A stretch of 64,000 bases of DNA from Candidatus Latescibacterota bacterium (GTDB taxonomy: Bacteria; Latescibacterota; UBA2968; UBA8231), in assembly GCA_965248265.1 (NCBI GenBank), contig CBDFJF010000002.1, forward strand, positions 3,808,001 to 3,872,000. The letters run 5' to 3'. Positions 10,191 to 21,600 of the stretch are shown piece after piece. The first letter of the stretch is position 1; each line of letters starts with the position of its first letter. The position numbers and the translations under genes are program-made. The notes under the pieces are model-generated. The model worked only from the letters and a program-made list of their open reading frames with translations, was not told the DNA's origin and searched no databases.

Positions 10191-10233
10191 ACCCGCCAAA
10201 AGTTTCTTAGAGTTTGGCCTTTGGCCAAACTCT
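10173..10233. repeat. Two adjacent perfect hairpins at the dnaJ stop (possible terminator or processing site)
   Basis: gaaacttttggcgg-ctaaac-ccgccaaaagtttc (14-bp stem, 10173-10206) and agagtttggcc-ttt-ggccaaactct (11-bp stem, 10209-10233). Confidence 0.8.
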
Positions 10234-10420
10234 CGGAGACTTTTCAGCTGCGAACAGGTGTCTCGGGTACGTACGGCTGAACCCGCATATCTCTGGCTGG
10301 TCGGTGTCCAGCTCTCAAACCTCCGTGTACCACCGCAAATGCCTTTGGGTGCCAGGAACTTACTCGCAGAAGCGGACGACTGGTTTTTTATCGACACGGA
10401 AAACAGATGAAGGCGACGAC

Positions 10421-11245
10421 TTGAATTCCAACCATCCTCCCAATCAGCAACCTCCACCGACGCCAGTTACCATACCGGGAGTGCGGGATGTTGTGGCTGT
10501 GGCCAGTGCCAAGGGTGGGGTGGGCAAGTCTACGGTTAGTGCCAACCTCGCGTTGGCATTGGCTCGAACGGGGGTCCGGGTGGGGTTGATGGATGCCGAC
10601 ATTTACGGGCCGAGCCTGCCCCTGATGATGGGCGCCACCGGGGAACCCGAGCTGACGCCTGAGGGGCGGCTGCTGCCCATCATCAAGCATGATGTTCCAA
10701 TCATGTCGATGGGTTTTCTCACCGATCAGGACACGCCTGTCGTTTGGCGGGGACCGCTGTTAGCGCAGGCGGTGCAGCAGTTTTTGAGACAGGTGGATTG
10801 GGGCGAGCTGGATTATCTGATTATCGATCTTCCGCCAGGCACCGGAGATATCCCGCTGACACTGAGCCAGGCCATTGCCCTGTCAGGGGCGCTGGTCGTG
10901 ACCACCCCTCAATCGGTTGCGTTGGAAGACGTGGAGCGGGGAATATCCATGTTCGAAAAAGTCGACGTGGATGTGGTGGGAATAGTAGAAAACATGAGCT
11001 ACTACGTGTGTCCACACTGCGACAAACGGCACCAGATTTTCGGCAGCGGTGGGGCTCGGGCCACCGCCGAGAGACTTGGCATCGATCTGCTCGGTGAGAT
11101 TCCGCTGGATGCGGGAATTCGCAAAGGAGGGGACGAGGGGCATCCAGTTGCTCTTGACGTGGAGTCCGATGGTGGGCAGTTGTTCGAGAGCATCGCTTCA
11201 CGGCTGCAGCAGTCGGTCACCGAAGCCACTTCCGCGTACCAGTAA
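10421..11245 (+). CDS. mrp: Mrp/ApbC/NBP35-family Fe-S cluster carrier ATPase
   Basis: VASAKGGVGKST, DADIYGPS, WRGP, DLPPGTGD, ENMS..CPHC. The start is inferred at TTG 10421. Confidence 0.93.
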   Translation: MNSNHPPNQQPPPTPVTIPGVRDVVAVASAKGGVGKSTVSANLALALARTGVRVGLMDADIYGPSLPLMMGATGEPELTPEGRLLPIIKHDVPIMSMGFLTDQDTPVVWRGPLLAQAVQQFLRQVDWGELDYLIIDLPPGTGDIPLTLSQAIALSGALVVTTPQSVALEDVERGISMFEKVDVDVVGIVENMSYYVCPHCDKRHQIFGSGGARATAERLGIDLLGEIPLDAGIRKGGDEGHPVALDVESDGGQLFESIASRLQQSVTEATSAYQ

Positions 11246-11673
11246 TGGCGTTCGTTCGTTGGGCTAGACGCAATTCTTTATGGGTCTATCCGTTTGGGAC
11301 ATCCTGCTGTGCCGACGCTCTGCGAACCGCCTTGGGGCCTGGGGGGGCATCGCAGGCCTTCCTGCCTGTCGACACGCCCGAGCATGGGGATGTTCTCATC
11401 GTGGCGGGGCGAGTACCGACTCAGTCCGTGCCGGTTCTCGTCGACATCTACGATCGAATGCCTGAGCCAAAGTGGGTCATCGCCTTCGGCTCATGTGCGG
11501 TCTCGGGCGGCCTGTTCGGCACCTATGCCGTGGTCGGTGGATTGTGCCGTGTCCTCCCCGTTGATCTATGCGTACCCGGCTGTCCTCCCGAGCCGGATGA
11601 TCTCTATCGCAGTCTCGCCCGGTTGCAGTCAGACAACTCAATCCTGGACAGGGATTCGCCGCCGGTCCACTGA
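11245..11673 (+). CDS. Stand-alone NuoB-like [4Fe-4S] protein
   Basis: WARRNSLW..FGTSCC, IYDRMPEPKWVIAFGSCAVSGG, PVDLCVPGCPP. TAATG overlap with mrp. Confidence 0.85.
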   Translation: MAFVRWARRNSLWVYPFGTSCCADALRTALGPGGASQAFLPVDTPEHGDVLIVAGRVPTQSVPVLVDIYDRMPEPKWVIAFGSCAVSGGLFGTYAVVGGLCRVLPVDLCVPGCPPEPDDLYRSLARLQSDNSILDRDSPPVH

Positions 11674-11819
11674 GATGCCACCTTGCAGGCGCGGCAGTGA
11701 CGTTGCTATCTTTGGATTTGGCAGGCCTGATCGCAGTTTCCTCGATCCTGCCTGATTCTCCCCAATCTCCTCGCGCCTCCTGATTTCTCCGAGAAACAAC
11801 CTGGGGTAGTAGTGCGAGC

Positions 11820-12713
11820 GTGAGTGAATTGACCAACGGACCGCGCTCCTGGCACCGTCTCAAGGTTTCCGTTCCCGCCACCCTCGGTGAAGATTTCGGC
11901 GCTCAGTGTTTCGAGCTGGGTAGCTGTGGTGTTCAGTACGAGGAGCAGGCGGGAGACTGGCTGTTCACCGTCTACTTCGATTCCGACAAGCCGATCGACA
12001 GCATACGGTCTCAGCTGGCGCTCATGGTGGCGAGTGATGCTGCGTGTTCGCCCACTCGATTTGAGACGGACACGGAGGAGGAACGTGATTGGAGCACAAA
12101 GTGGCGTGATTTTCTCACGCCGGTGCAGGTCAGCGATCGCATCCGCATCACTCAACCCTGGAACACACAGCCGCTGCAAGAGGGAGGGGTTGAGGTTGTA
12201 ATCGAGCCGAAGATGGCTTTTGGCTCAGGCGGACATGAGTCCACGCGGTTGTGTCTGGTGGCGCTCGAGCAGGCCGGTCCGGCTGGGGCGTCCTGTCTGG
12301 ACGTGGGAACGGGTAGCGGGGTGCTGGCGATCACGGCCGCCTTCCTCGGCGCAGGTGACGTCACCGCGATCGACTGTGACCCGGTCGCCGTCGACAACGC
12401 ACGAGAGAACGTAGCTCTGAACCTGGGTGCTCCTGGCAAGCTGCACGAACGTGTGGATGTGCTCGAGGGCAGCGTCGGAGTGGTGGAGGGGCGCCAGTAC
12501 GATCTGATCATGGCCAATATCGAGAGCCAGCATCTGTACCCATTGCTCGAGCCGCTCGAGAAGCTACTGGCAGCTGACGGTGTAGCCCTGTTCTCGGGAC
12601 TGATGATTCGTGAGGGAGAGGACTTTCGACAGCGGCTGAAAACGCTGGGTTTGCGGCCCGTCGATGAACGTCGATTGAACGATTGGATGAGCTTGACCAC
12701 GGTGCGGGTGTGA
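11820..12713 (+). CDS. prmA: Ribosomal protein L11 methyltransferase
   Basis: EERDWSTKWR, IEPKMAFGSGGHESTRLC, LDVGTGSGVLAI, MANI. Confidence 0.95.
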   Translation: MSELTNGPRSWHRLKVSVPATLGEDFGAQCFELGSCGVQYEEQAGDWLFTVYFDSDKPIDSIRSQLALMVASDAACSPTRFETDTEEERDWSTKWRDFLTPVQVSDRIRITQPWNTQPLQEGGVEVVIEPKMAFGSGGHESTRLCLVALEQAGPAGASCLDVGTGSGVLAITAAFLGAGDVTAIDCDPVAVDNARENVALNLGAPGKLHERVDVLEGSVGVVEGRQYDLIMANIESQHLYPLLEPLEKLLAADGVALFSGLMIREGEDFRQRLKTLGLRPVDERRLNDWMSLTTVRV

Positions 12714-12723
12714 CAGGACTCCA

Positions 12724-15211
<2,488 letters not shown>

Positions 15212-15317
15212 GCTCGATCGGTGTTGGAAGTTCGATCAATGCTGATCCATCCGGCCGATGCCGTCGACCGGAATTTGTGGCTGGTGCCCCAGCCTTTTTT
15301 TCCATGTTAATCATGTT

Positions 15318-16490
15318 CTATTGCAGCAGACTCAGGGCGGCCTGTGGTGAGGCATTGGCCTGAGTCAACATGGCCGTCGCCGCCTGGGTGAGCACCTGAA
15401 TCTTGGTGAAGTTGGTGACCTCTTCGGCGATATCCGCGTCGCGCAGTGTAGCCTCAGAATTGGTGTTGTTTTCTATCGAGTTGCCGGTGAAGTTGATCGT
15501 ATGCTGTAGTCGATTCATGGAAGCACCCAAGTCTCCCCGGACCTTGGCCACCTTCTCGATTGCGGCATCCATCTGAGTGATGGCCTGTCGAGCGCTCAAC
15601 AATGTCGACATCGACATGGCGTTGAGATTCAAGAAGGCACCACTGGCACGCATGTCCTCGATGCCGACTTCGAGACGATCCTCGGTGGTGTTGTCGGCTC
15701 CGACCTGAAAGGAACCCCCTGTTCCCCCCGAGACAATGATGGTCTTCGTATTGAGATCACCGTCAACGTAAACCCCCGAGGTCTTGCTGGTCGCTGCTGC
15801 ACCTGCCAGCGTCACCACGACACCGAGCCGATCGAAATTCGCCACCGCGGTGGAGCCCGTGGCCACGCTCGACCCATCCAGGCTGGTTGCCAGGCTGATG
15901 GTCTGACTGACAGTGCCGTTTCCGAGCGTTATCTGACCGTCTCCGGCGGCATCCTGGAACGTATAAGTTCCTGTTGGAGTACCAGATACAACAACTCTAG
16001 AGACCCCGGTATCGGCCGTGTCCAAGACGGCTGTGGAAAGGGTCTCATCGGCCCTGTTACCGAAGGCCGTGAGCAGGGTTTGATTATTGTAAACACTCGA
16101 GTTGGCGATACGGTCAATTTCCTGTTTGAGCTGAGTTATTTCTGCTTCGATGGCCTCACGATTTTCGTCGTTCATGGTGCTGCTCGCTGACTGTACTGCC
16201 AGCTCTCTCATCCGTATCATCATGGCACTGACTTCGTTCAGCGAGCCTTCAGCCACCTGGAGCAGGTTCATCCCCATCTCTGCGTTTCGGGAACCGGCTT
16301 GCATGCCGGTGATTTGTGCCCGAAAGCCCTCGGATATCGACAGTCCACTGGCATCATCCTCGGCACTGTTGATCCGCATTCCCGACGACAGCCGTTCCAG
16401 CCTCGTCGACTGATCGGAGCTGTTGGCGCTCAGGTGATGGCGAACGTTTATCGCCGAAATGTTGTTGTTGACGTTTATTGCGTGGGGCAT
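15318..16490 (-). CDS. fliC: Flagellin (390 aa, sigma28-type promoter)
   Basis: ERLSSGMRINSAEDDASGL, AEGSLNEV, RGDLGASMNRL, LRDADIAEE, AMLTQAN. Confidence 0.97.
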   Translation of the reverse strand: MPHAINVNNNISAINVRHHLSANSSDQSTRLERLSSGMRINSAEDDASGLSISEGFRAQITGMQAGSRNAEMGMNLLQVAEGSLNEVSAMMIRMRELAVQSASSTMNDENREAIEAEITQLKQEIDRIANSSVYNNQTLLTAFGNRADETLSTAVLDTADTGVSRVVVSGTPTGTYTFQDAAGDGQITLGNGTVSQTISLATSLDGSSVATGSTAVANFDRLGVVVTLAGAAATSKTSGVYVDGDLNTKTIIVSGGTGGSFQVGADNTTEDRLEVGIEDMRASGAFLNLNAMSMSTLLSARQAITQMDAAIEKVAKVRGDLGASMNRLQHTINFTGNSIENNTNSEATLRDADIAEEVTNFTKIQVLTQAATAMLTQANASPQAALSLLQ

Positions 16491-16512
16491 GCCAAAACCT
16501 CCTTGTTATGGC
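16491..16512 (-). promoter_or_regulatory. Putative CsrA site: AAGGAG SD in a hairpin loop
   Basis: Minus strand gccataac-aaggag-gttttggc immediately before the ATG. csrA and fliW are in the same locus. Confidence 0.6.
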
Positions 16513-16635
16513 TTTTCCAGCGACCCCCATCATGGTGGCCGATTCTGTCCGTTCGCCCAACCCCGTGGGAGGAGGGGTCTGGGCTCAATTCTCCTTAGGT
16601 AATTCCACTTACCATTACTTGGTATTACTTTGTGT

Positions 16636-16662
16636 TTATCGACCCGAAGGTCATTCCCTTTA
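16636..16662 (-). promoter_or_regulatory. Sigma28 promoter of the 390-aa flagellin
   Basis: Minus strand TAAA-gggaatgaccttcgg(15)-GTCGATAA. Confidence 0.85.
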
Positions 16663-16715
16663 GCTTTTTTGCTATGTAGGGAGCCTTTCATTTGAATTGT
16701 GGAGGATGTAACCCC

Positions 16716-16755
16716 GAAAAAGCGACAGGGCCGGTCGGTCACGCCGACGGCCCTG
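16716..16755 (-). terminator. Terminator between the two flagellins
   Basis: Minus strand cagggccgtcgg-cgtga-ccgaccggccctg followed by tcgcttttt. Confidence 0.65.
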
Positions 16756-16810
16756 AGCCTTTCCATTCAGATGATTTCGCCCAAGTTCGGCGAGTTTGTT
16801 TCTCCTATTA

Positions 16811-18256
16811 CTACTGTAGAAGCTGCAAGGCCGCCTGCGGCAATGAGTTAGCCTGGGCAACCATCGCCGTTGCCGCCTGTGTCAGGATCTGACCTCGAGT
16901 AAATTGGGACATTTCCTCGGCCACATCGGCGTCGCGAATGGCTGATTCAGCTGCCTGCAGGTTCTCGATGGCGTTTTCCAGGTTCTTGGTCGTGAAATCG
17001 AGACGATTCTGGACCGCACCCAGGTCACCACGCTGACGGGCAACAGCCAGAATGGCGTTGTCGACGCGGGTGATCGTGGCCTTTGAGCTGTTGAGGTTGG
17101 CGACCGACAGACCGGTCAGATTGAGCGTCGTGCCGCTGGCCCGCATGTCGCCGATGTTGAGGGAGATGCGGTTGTTGGCGTTGTCGTTCGGACCGACCTG
17201 CAGCACACCACCTTCGGCCTCTTCGACGCGGATAATCTTGCCGTTCAGGCGGCCGTCTTCATAGGCGTTAGCAGGTATTGTGCCGAGTATCTTACTGGGA
17301 TCACCGAAGGCAATCCCGTTGGTCTCTACGAGGATCTCACCCAGCGTAGCGTCGAAAGTCGCCGAGGCGGTGGGGTCCAGGGTCTTGATGGCAGTGTCGA
17401 TGGCTGCTGCCGCCGTAGCCAGATCCTGGCCGGCTGCAATCGCCACAGAGATGGAAGCGTCACCCGACCCGAGAATGATATTGCCCGCATTGGCGGCTGC
17501 AGGCAGCGTCGATTTCAGGGTCGTGCCCTTATCGACTCCCGCTCCAACCATGATAACCTGGACTCCCAGGCGGTCGAAGTTGGCAGTGAAGGTCGTTCCC
17601 GACGCCACCAGGTTTTTGCCATTGTCGGTATCGAGTGCGGAACCGACATCGATGGACTGCTCGAGACGGGTGCCGTCAGGCAGATCGATGGCCAGAGTAA
17701 TCTGATTATCCGTCGCGCTGGTATCGGCAAACACGTAGGTACCTGGCACTGCGCCGGAGATACCAATCTCAGAGACCCCGGCGAACCCATCCAGGGCCGT
17801 CGACACCTTGCCGCTCTGACTGACAGCGTTTCCGAAACCAGTCAGGAGCGTCGTCTTATTAAATGTAGTGGAGAGAGCGATACGGTCGATTTCCGATGTC
17901 AGCTGATTGAACTCGGAAGCGAGGCTACCGCGGTTCTGGTCATTGATGGTGGAGTTCGCCGAAGTCACGGCGAGTTCGCGCATACGGATCAGCATGTTAC
18001 TGACCTCGTTGAGCGACCCCTCAGCCAACTGCACCAGGCTGATTCCCTGGCCGGCATTGCGAACTCCCTGTCGCATACCGAGCAACTCGGCTCTCATTCC
18101 CTCTGAAACAGAGAGACCGGCAGCATCGTCAGCACCGCGGTTGATACGCAACCCTGAAGAAAGACGCTCGACTCGTTTGGTGAAGTCGTTCGTATTCTTG
18201 TTCAGGTTACGGCCCGCGTTGATGGCCGTAATGTTGGTTCCTAATCTCAGTGGCAT
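16811..18256 (-). CDS. fliC: Flagellin (481 aa, sigma54-type promoter, extra insert)
   Basis: ERLSSGLRINRGADDAAGL, RGDLGAVQNRL, ESAIRDADVAEE, AMVAQAN. Confidence 0.97.
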   Translation of the reverse strand: MPLRLGTNITAINAGRNLNKNTNDFTKRVERLSSGLRINRGADDAAGLSVSEGMRAELLGMRQGVRNAGQGISLVQLAEGSLNEVSNMLIRMRELAVTSANSTINDQNRGSLASEFNQLTSEIDRIALSTTFNKTTLLTGFGNAVSQSGKVSTALDGFAGVSEIGISGAVPGTYVFADTSATDNQITLAIDLPDGTRLEQSIDVGSALDTDNGKNLVASGTTFTANFDRLGVQVIMVGAGVDKGTTLKSTLPAAANAGNIILGSGDASISVAIAAGQDLATAAAAIDTAIKTLDPTASATFDATLGEILVETNGIAFGDPSKILGTIPANAYEDGRLNGKIIRVEEAEGGVLQVGPNDNANNRISLNIGDMRASGTTLNLTGLSVANLNSSKATITRVDNAILAVARQRGDLGAVQNRLDFTTKNLENAIENLQAAESAIRDADVAEEMSQFTRGQILTQAATAMVAQANSLPQAALQLLQ

Positions 18257-18428
18257 TTGGTAACCTCCTTGATTGGCCTAATGGCCGGGCCTTCCTTGGA
18301 AATTCGGTAGGGCCCCTGGCAGGTCGCGCCTCGTCATCGAAGGGGAGCCCGCGTGACTGTCACGCGGGCGGATTTGAGCGACCTGTCAAACTCCGAAATC
18401 GGCCTTCCTTTGATCTACACGCCTGTTT

Positions 18429-18445
18429 AGCAAGGAGTATGCCAA
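18429..18445 (-). promoter_or_regulatory. Sigma54 (-24/-12) promoter of the 481-aa flagellin
   Basis: Minus strand TTGGCAT-actcc-TTGCT (GG-N10-GC). Confidence 0.82.
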
Positions 18446-18682
18446 AGCACTATGCCAAGTAGTATTCAGTCTCGTAACTCACTCTATGGCAATCAGTTAT
18501 GGGTTCATTGAGGTGGCGTAATTGGAACAGAACTGAACGGAAATCCCTACGTGGGGGCTTGCCCGAGGAACAATTTTGAGCTTGGACTGGAAGAAATTAC
18601 CGACGTGGCAAAAGCGCCTGCAGCAGCAGACGATAGGCGTATTCGGCTCAGAGGTGGGAGTGGGTAGGTCAGCAGGGGGTAG

Positions 18683-21600
18683 TTACTGCAACGACGGCCC
18701 TACGCTGCGGTCGTAGCAGATCTTTGCGGCCTCATCCACCCCAAGGCGGGCGTAGCAGTCTCCGAGACGTTTGAAGGTCTCGCCGTCTCTTGGGTCCGCC
18801 AGCAGCATGGCCTCATATTGGCGTACTGCATCCCAGTACAGGCTGCGGGCATAGTAAACCTCTCCAAGGCAGCGACGGGCCTTTATGCCGGTTGCCACCG
18901 GGATGTCACCCGAACCGGCCTTCTCCACCATGTTCACGGCTACGATCAAGGCCATCTCCGCACACTTGAGCTGCCCTTCTCTGACGAGAACGGCACCAAA
19001 CTCAATGAAGCTCTCGGCTGTTGCGTGGGATGATCGCAGATCGACCGATAGCGCCCCAAAAGAGGCCATCGTCCGCTGAGCCAGTTCGAGATCTACACCG
19101 CTGATGGCAGACTGGGAGAGCATCAACCCCAGGTTGATATCGAGCAGCCCGGGGTCGAGCTTTCTGACTTTCTCGAAGAACTCAATCGCCTGCTCGAAGC
19201 GCTCGAGATCGAGATACAGGTGAGCCAGGTTGGCGCGCGCTTCTATGCCCCCAGGATCCAGCTCGATCAACTCCTGGTAGAGTCTTTCGGCGTCCTCATA
19301 GCGCTCTTCCTGCTTGGCTATATAACCGAGGTTGAGGATGGCCGGGGCATAGTTGGGTTTGATCTCCAGCACACGGTGAAAATGGGCAGCGGCATCCGTG
19401 AGCTCGGCCGCTTCGAGGTGCAGCATACCGATATTGAACACATGCTTGGCGCTGTTGGCGTCGATCTCGACCGCGCTCTGCAACACCTGCAGTGCCCTAT
19501 CCCTGTTCCCCGCCGCTTTGTGCACCTCTGACAGTGAACCCAAGGCCTCGGCTCGACGGTTGATCGGCATGTCAGCGGCGCGGATGAAGACCGCCTCCGC
19601 CTTGGGAAAATCGCCCAAGGCTTGATATCCGCGCCCTGCCAGGCAAAGAGCCGAGTACTCCAATTCATTCTGGTCGATGGGAAAGAAGGTCAGCTGTGGC
19701 TCCCGCTGCAGGATCCATTCCGCGTACTCCACCGCACGCCGAGGTTCGCCCAGCTCGGTATAGACCTCGGCCAGGGACAACTTCGTCAGCACGTACTCGT
19801 CATCCACGTCTTCGGCACGATGGATGTAGTCGCGAGCCTTTTCCAGCTCATTCATCCTGAGGTAGCTGCGACCTAGAAACAAAAGCGCCGTGGTATAGAC
19901 GACGAGATTGTGATCAGCCTCACAGGTGCTCTCTTCGATGATGAGGCGATACTGTTCAGCCCCTTCCGCGAGTTTCCCCGTCGTGTGGTAGGTCAAAGCG
20001 ACATGCGAGCGCGTCAGGTAATCCTCCGGGTGGACTTCGAGCCAACGCTCCATGATCCCCAGGTAACGATCCTTCTTCTCCTTCACCACCTCTGGCGTAG
20101 TGTACCCGGTGTGGACGACCTTGATATCAGTGGGCACGGTGGAGACGCCCAATCTGGCCAGCGATGGAGTAACCTGTTCATGGATGGGCATCTCGAAGCT
20201 GACGCCATTGAGGTTTGGGAATAGCCTCATCTGCATGCAGGATACACTCTCGTAGCCACGGTCATCGAGGACAAAGAAATAGCCCTTGTCGCTTCCTTGA
20301 CTCAATAGGTGACGAATCTGTTCATGGTGCTCCTGTGGCATCAGGTCGTCAGCGTCTAACCACATTATCCAGTCGCCGGTGGCCAGGCGCAGAGACTCGT
20401 TACGAGCCAGTGAAAAATTGTCGCACCATTCGAAAGTGCCGATGGTGGCACCGTAGCGCTTTGCCACCTCCACGGTCCCGTCCGATGAGCCGGTATCGAC
20501 GACGATGATCTCATCACACAGGCCGCGGACACTGTCCAGGCATTGGGGGAGACGCTCCTCTTCGTTTCGCACGATCATGCACAGAGACAGACGGGACGCT
20601 TCTCCATCGAGGAGCGCGGCAGCGGCAGACGCCTCGGTGCGATCGGGCCGGAGCGCGGCAGCAGTCTGGTAGGCTCGAACCGCATCGGCCTTGCGTCCAG
20701 ACGCTTCGTGACATTGCCCGATGAAGAACTGGGCTGAATACCGAATCGATGAGACATCCTGAGGGAAATGCGGGTCCGCCTGTCCAGCAAGAGCCTTTTG
20801 CAGGTGTGGCAGCGCCCGCTGATATTGGGCACTCTTGGTTAGCGCGTCTCCCAGGGAGAGACGAGCGAGCACGCTTTCCCCGTCGAGCTCGACGGCCGAC
20901 TCGAGAGCGGGAATGGCCTCGGAATACTTACCCTCCTCCAGAAGACATCTGCCCACGAAGGTGGCTGCCTGAACAAAAACCGAATGCGGTTGAACCGCTT
21001 CTTCGCCCGCCCGTAGAATCAACTCAAACTGAGCCCTCGCCTGATCAAATCGCCTTTCCGCATAGTGGGTGTGGCCAATACGAAATCGGAAATCGTAGTC
21101 ATCCGGGTGCGAGCCCAACCAGGCCGACATCAAGCCGTGGTAGTACTCGTGCTTGCGCCTGGTGCTTGCCGGATCAGAGTACCCCGTGTGCTTGACTTCC
21201 ACATCGGTGACCGCGGTTGCCAAACCCAATCGGTTGATAGCGGGCAGCACCGTTTCGTGGACAGGACGCTCGAAGCGAATCTCAGGATTGTTCGGGAACA
21301 TCTTGATCTGCCTGAAGCTTGTGCGATCTGCCCCCTCATTAACGAGAGAGAAGTAAAGTGCTCGATCCGGCTTCAGGCGCCTCACTCGCGCCACCTTGTC
21401 GCGGTCAGCCGGCAGTAGATAGTCGTCCGCATCCATCCACAGGATCCATTCACCCGTGGCCATGGCCAGAGATTCGTTGCGGACGGCAGCGAAATCATCA
21501 TCCCAGGCAACTTCGGCTACACGGGCACCGTGGCGTCTAGCTGTGGCGATGGTACTGTCCGTCGAGCCGGTATCGACGACGACGATTTCATCAACGGCGG

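Noticed and set aside
10214-10420. N-terminal extension of the mrp ORF in the track
   Set aside because: It runs through hairpins and does not resemble Mrp, so a later start is more plausible.
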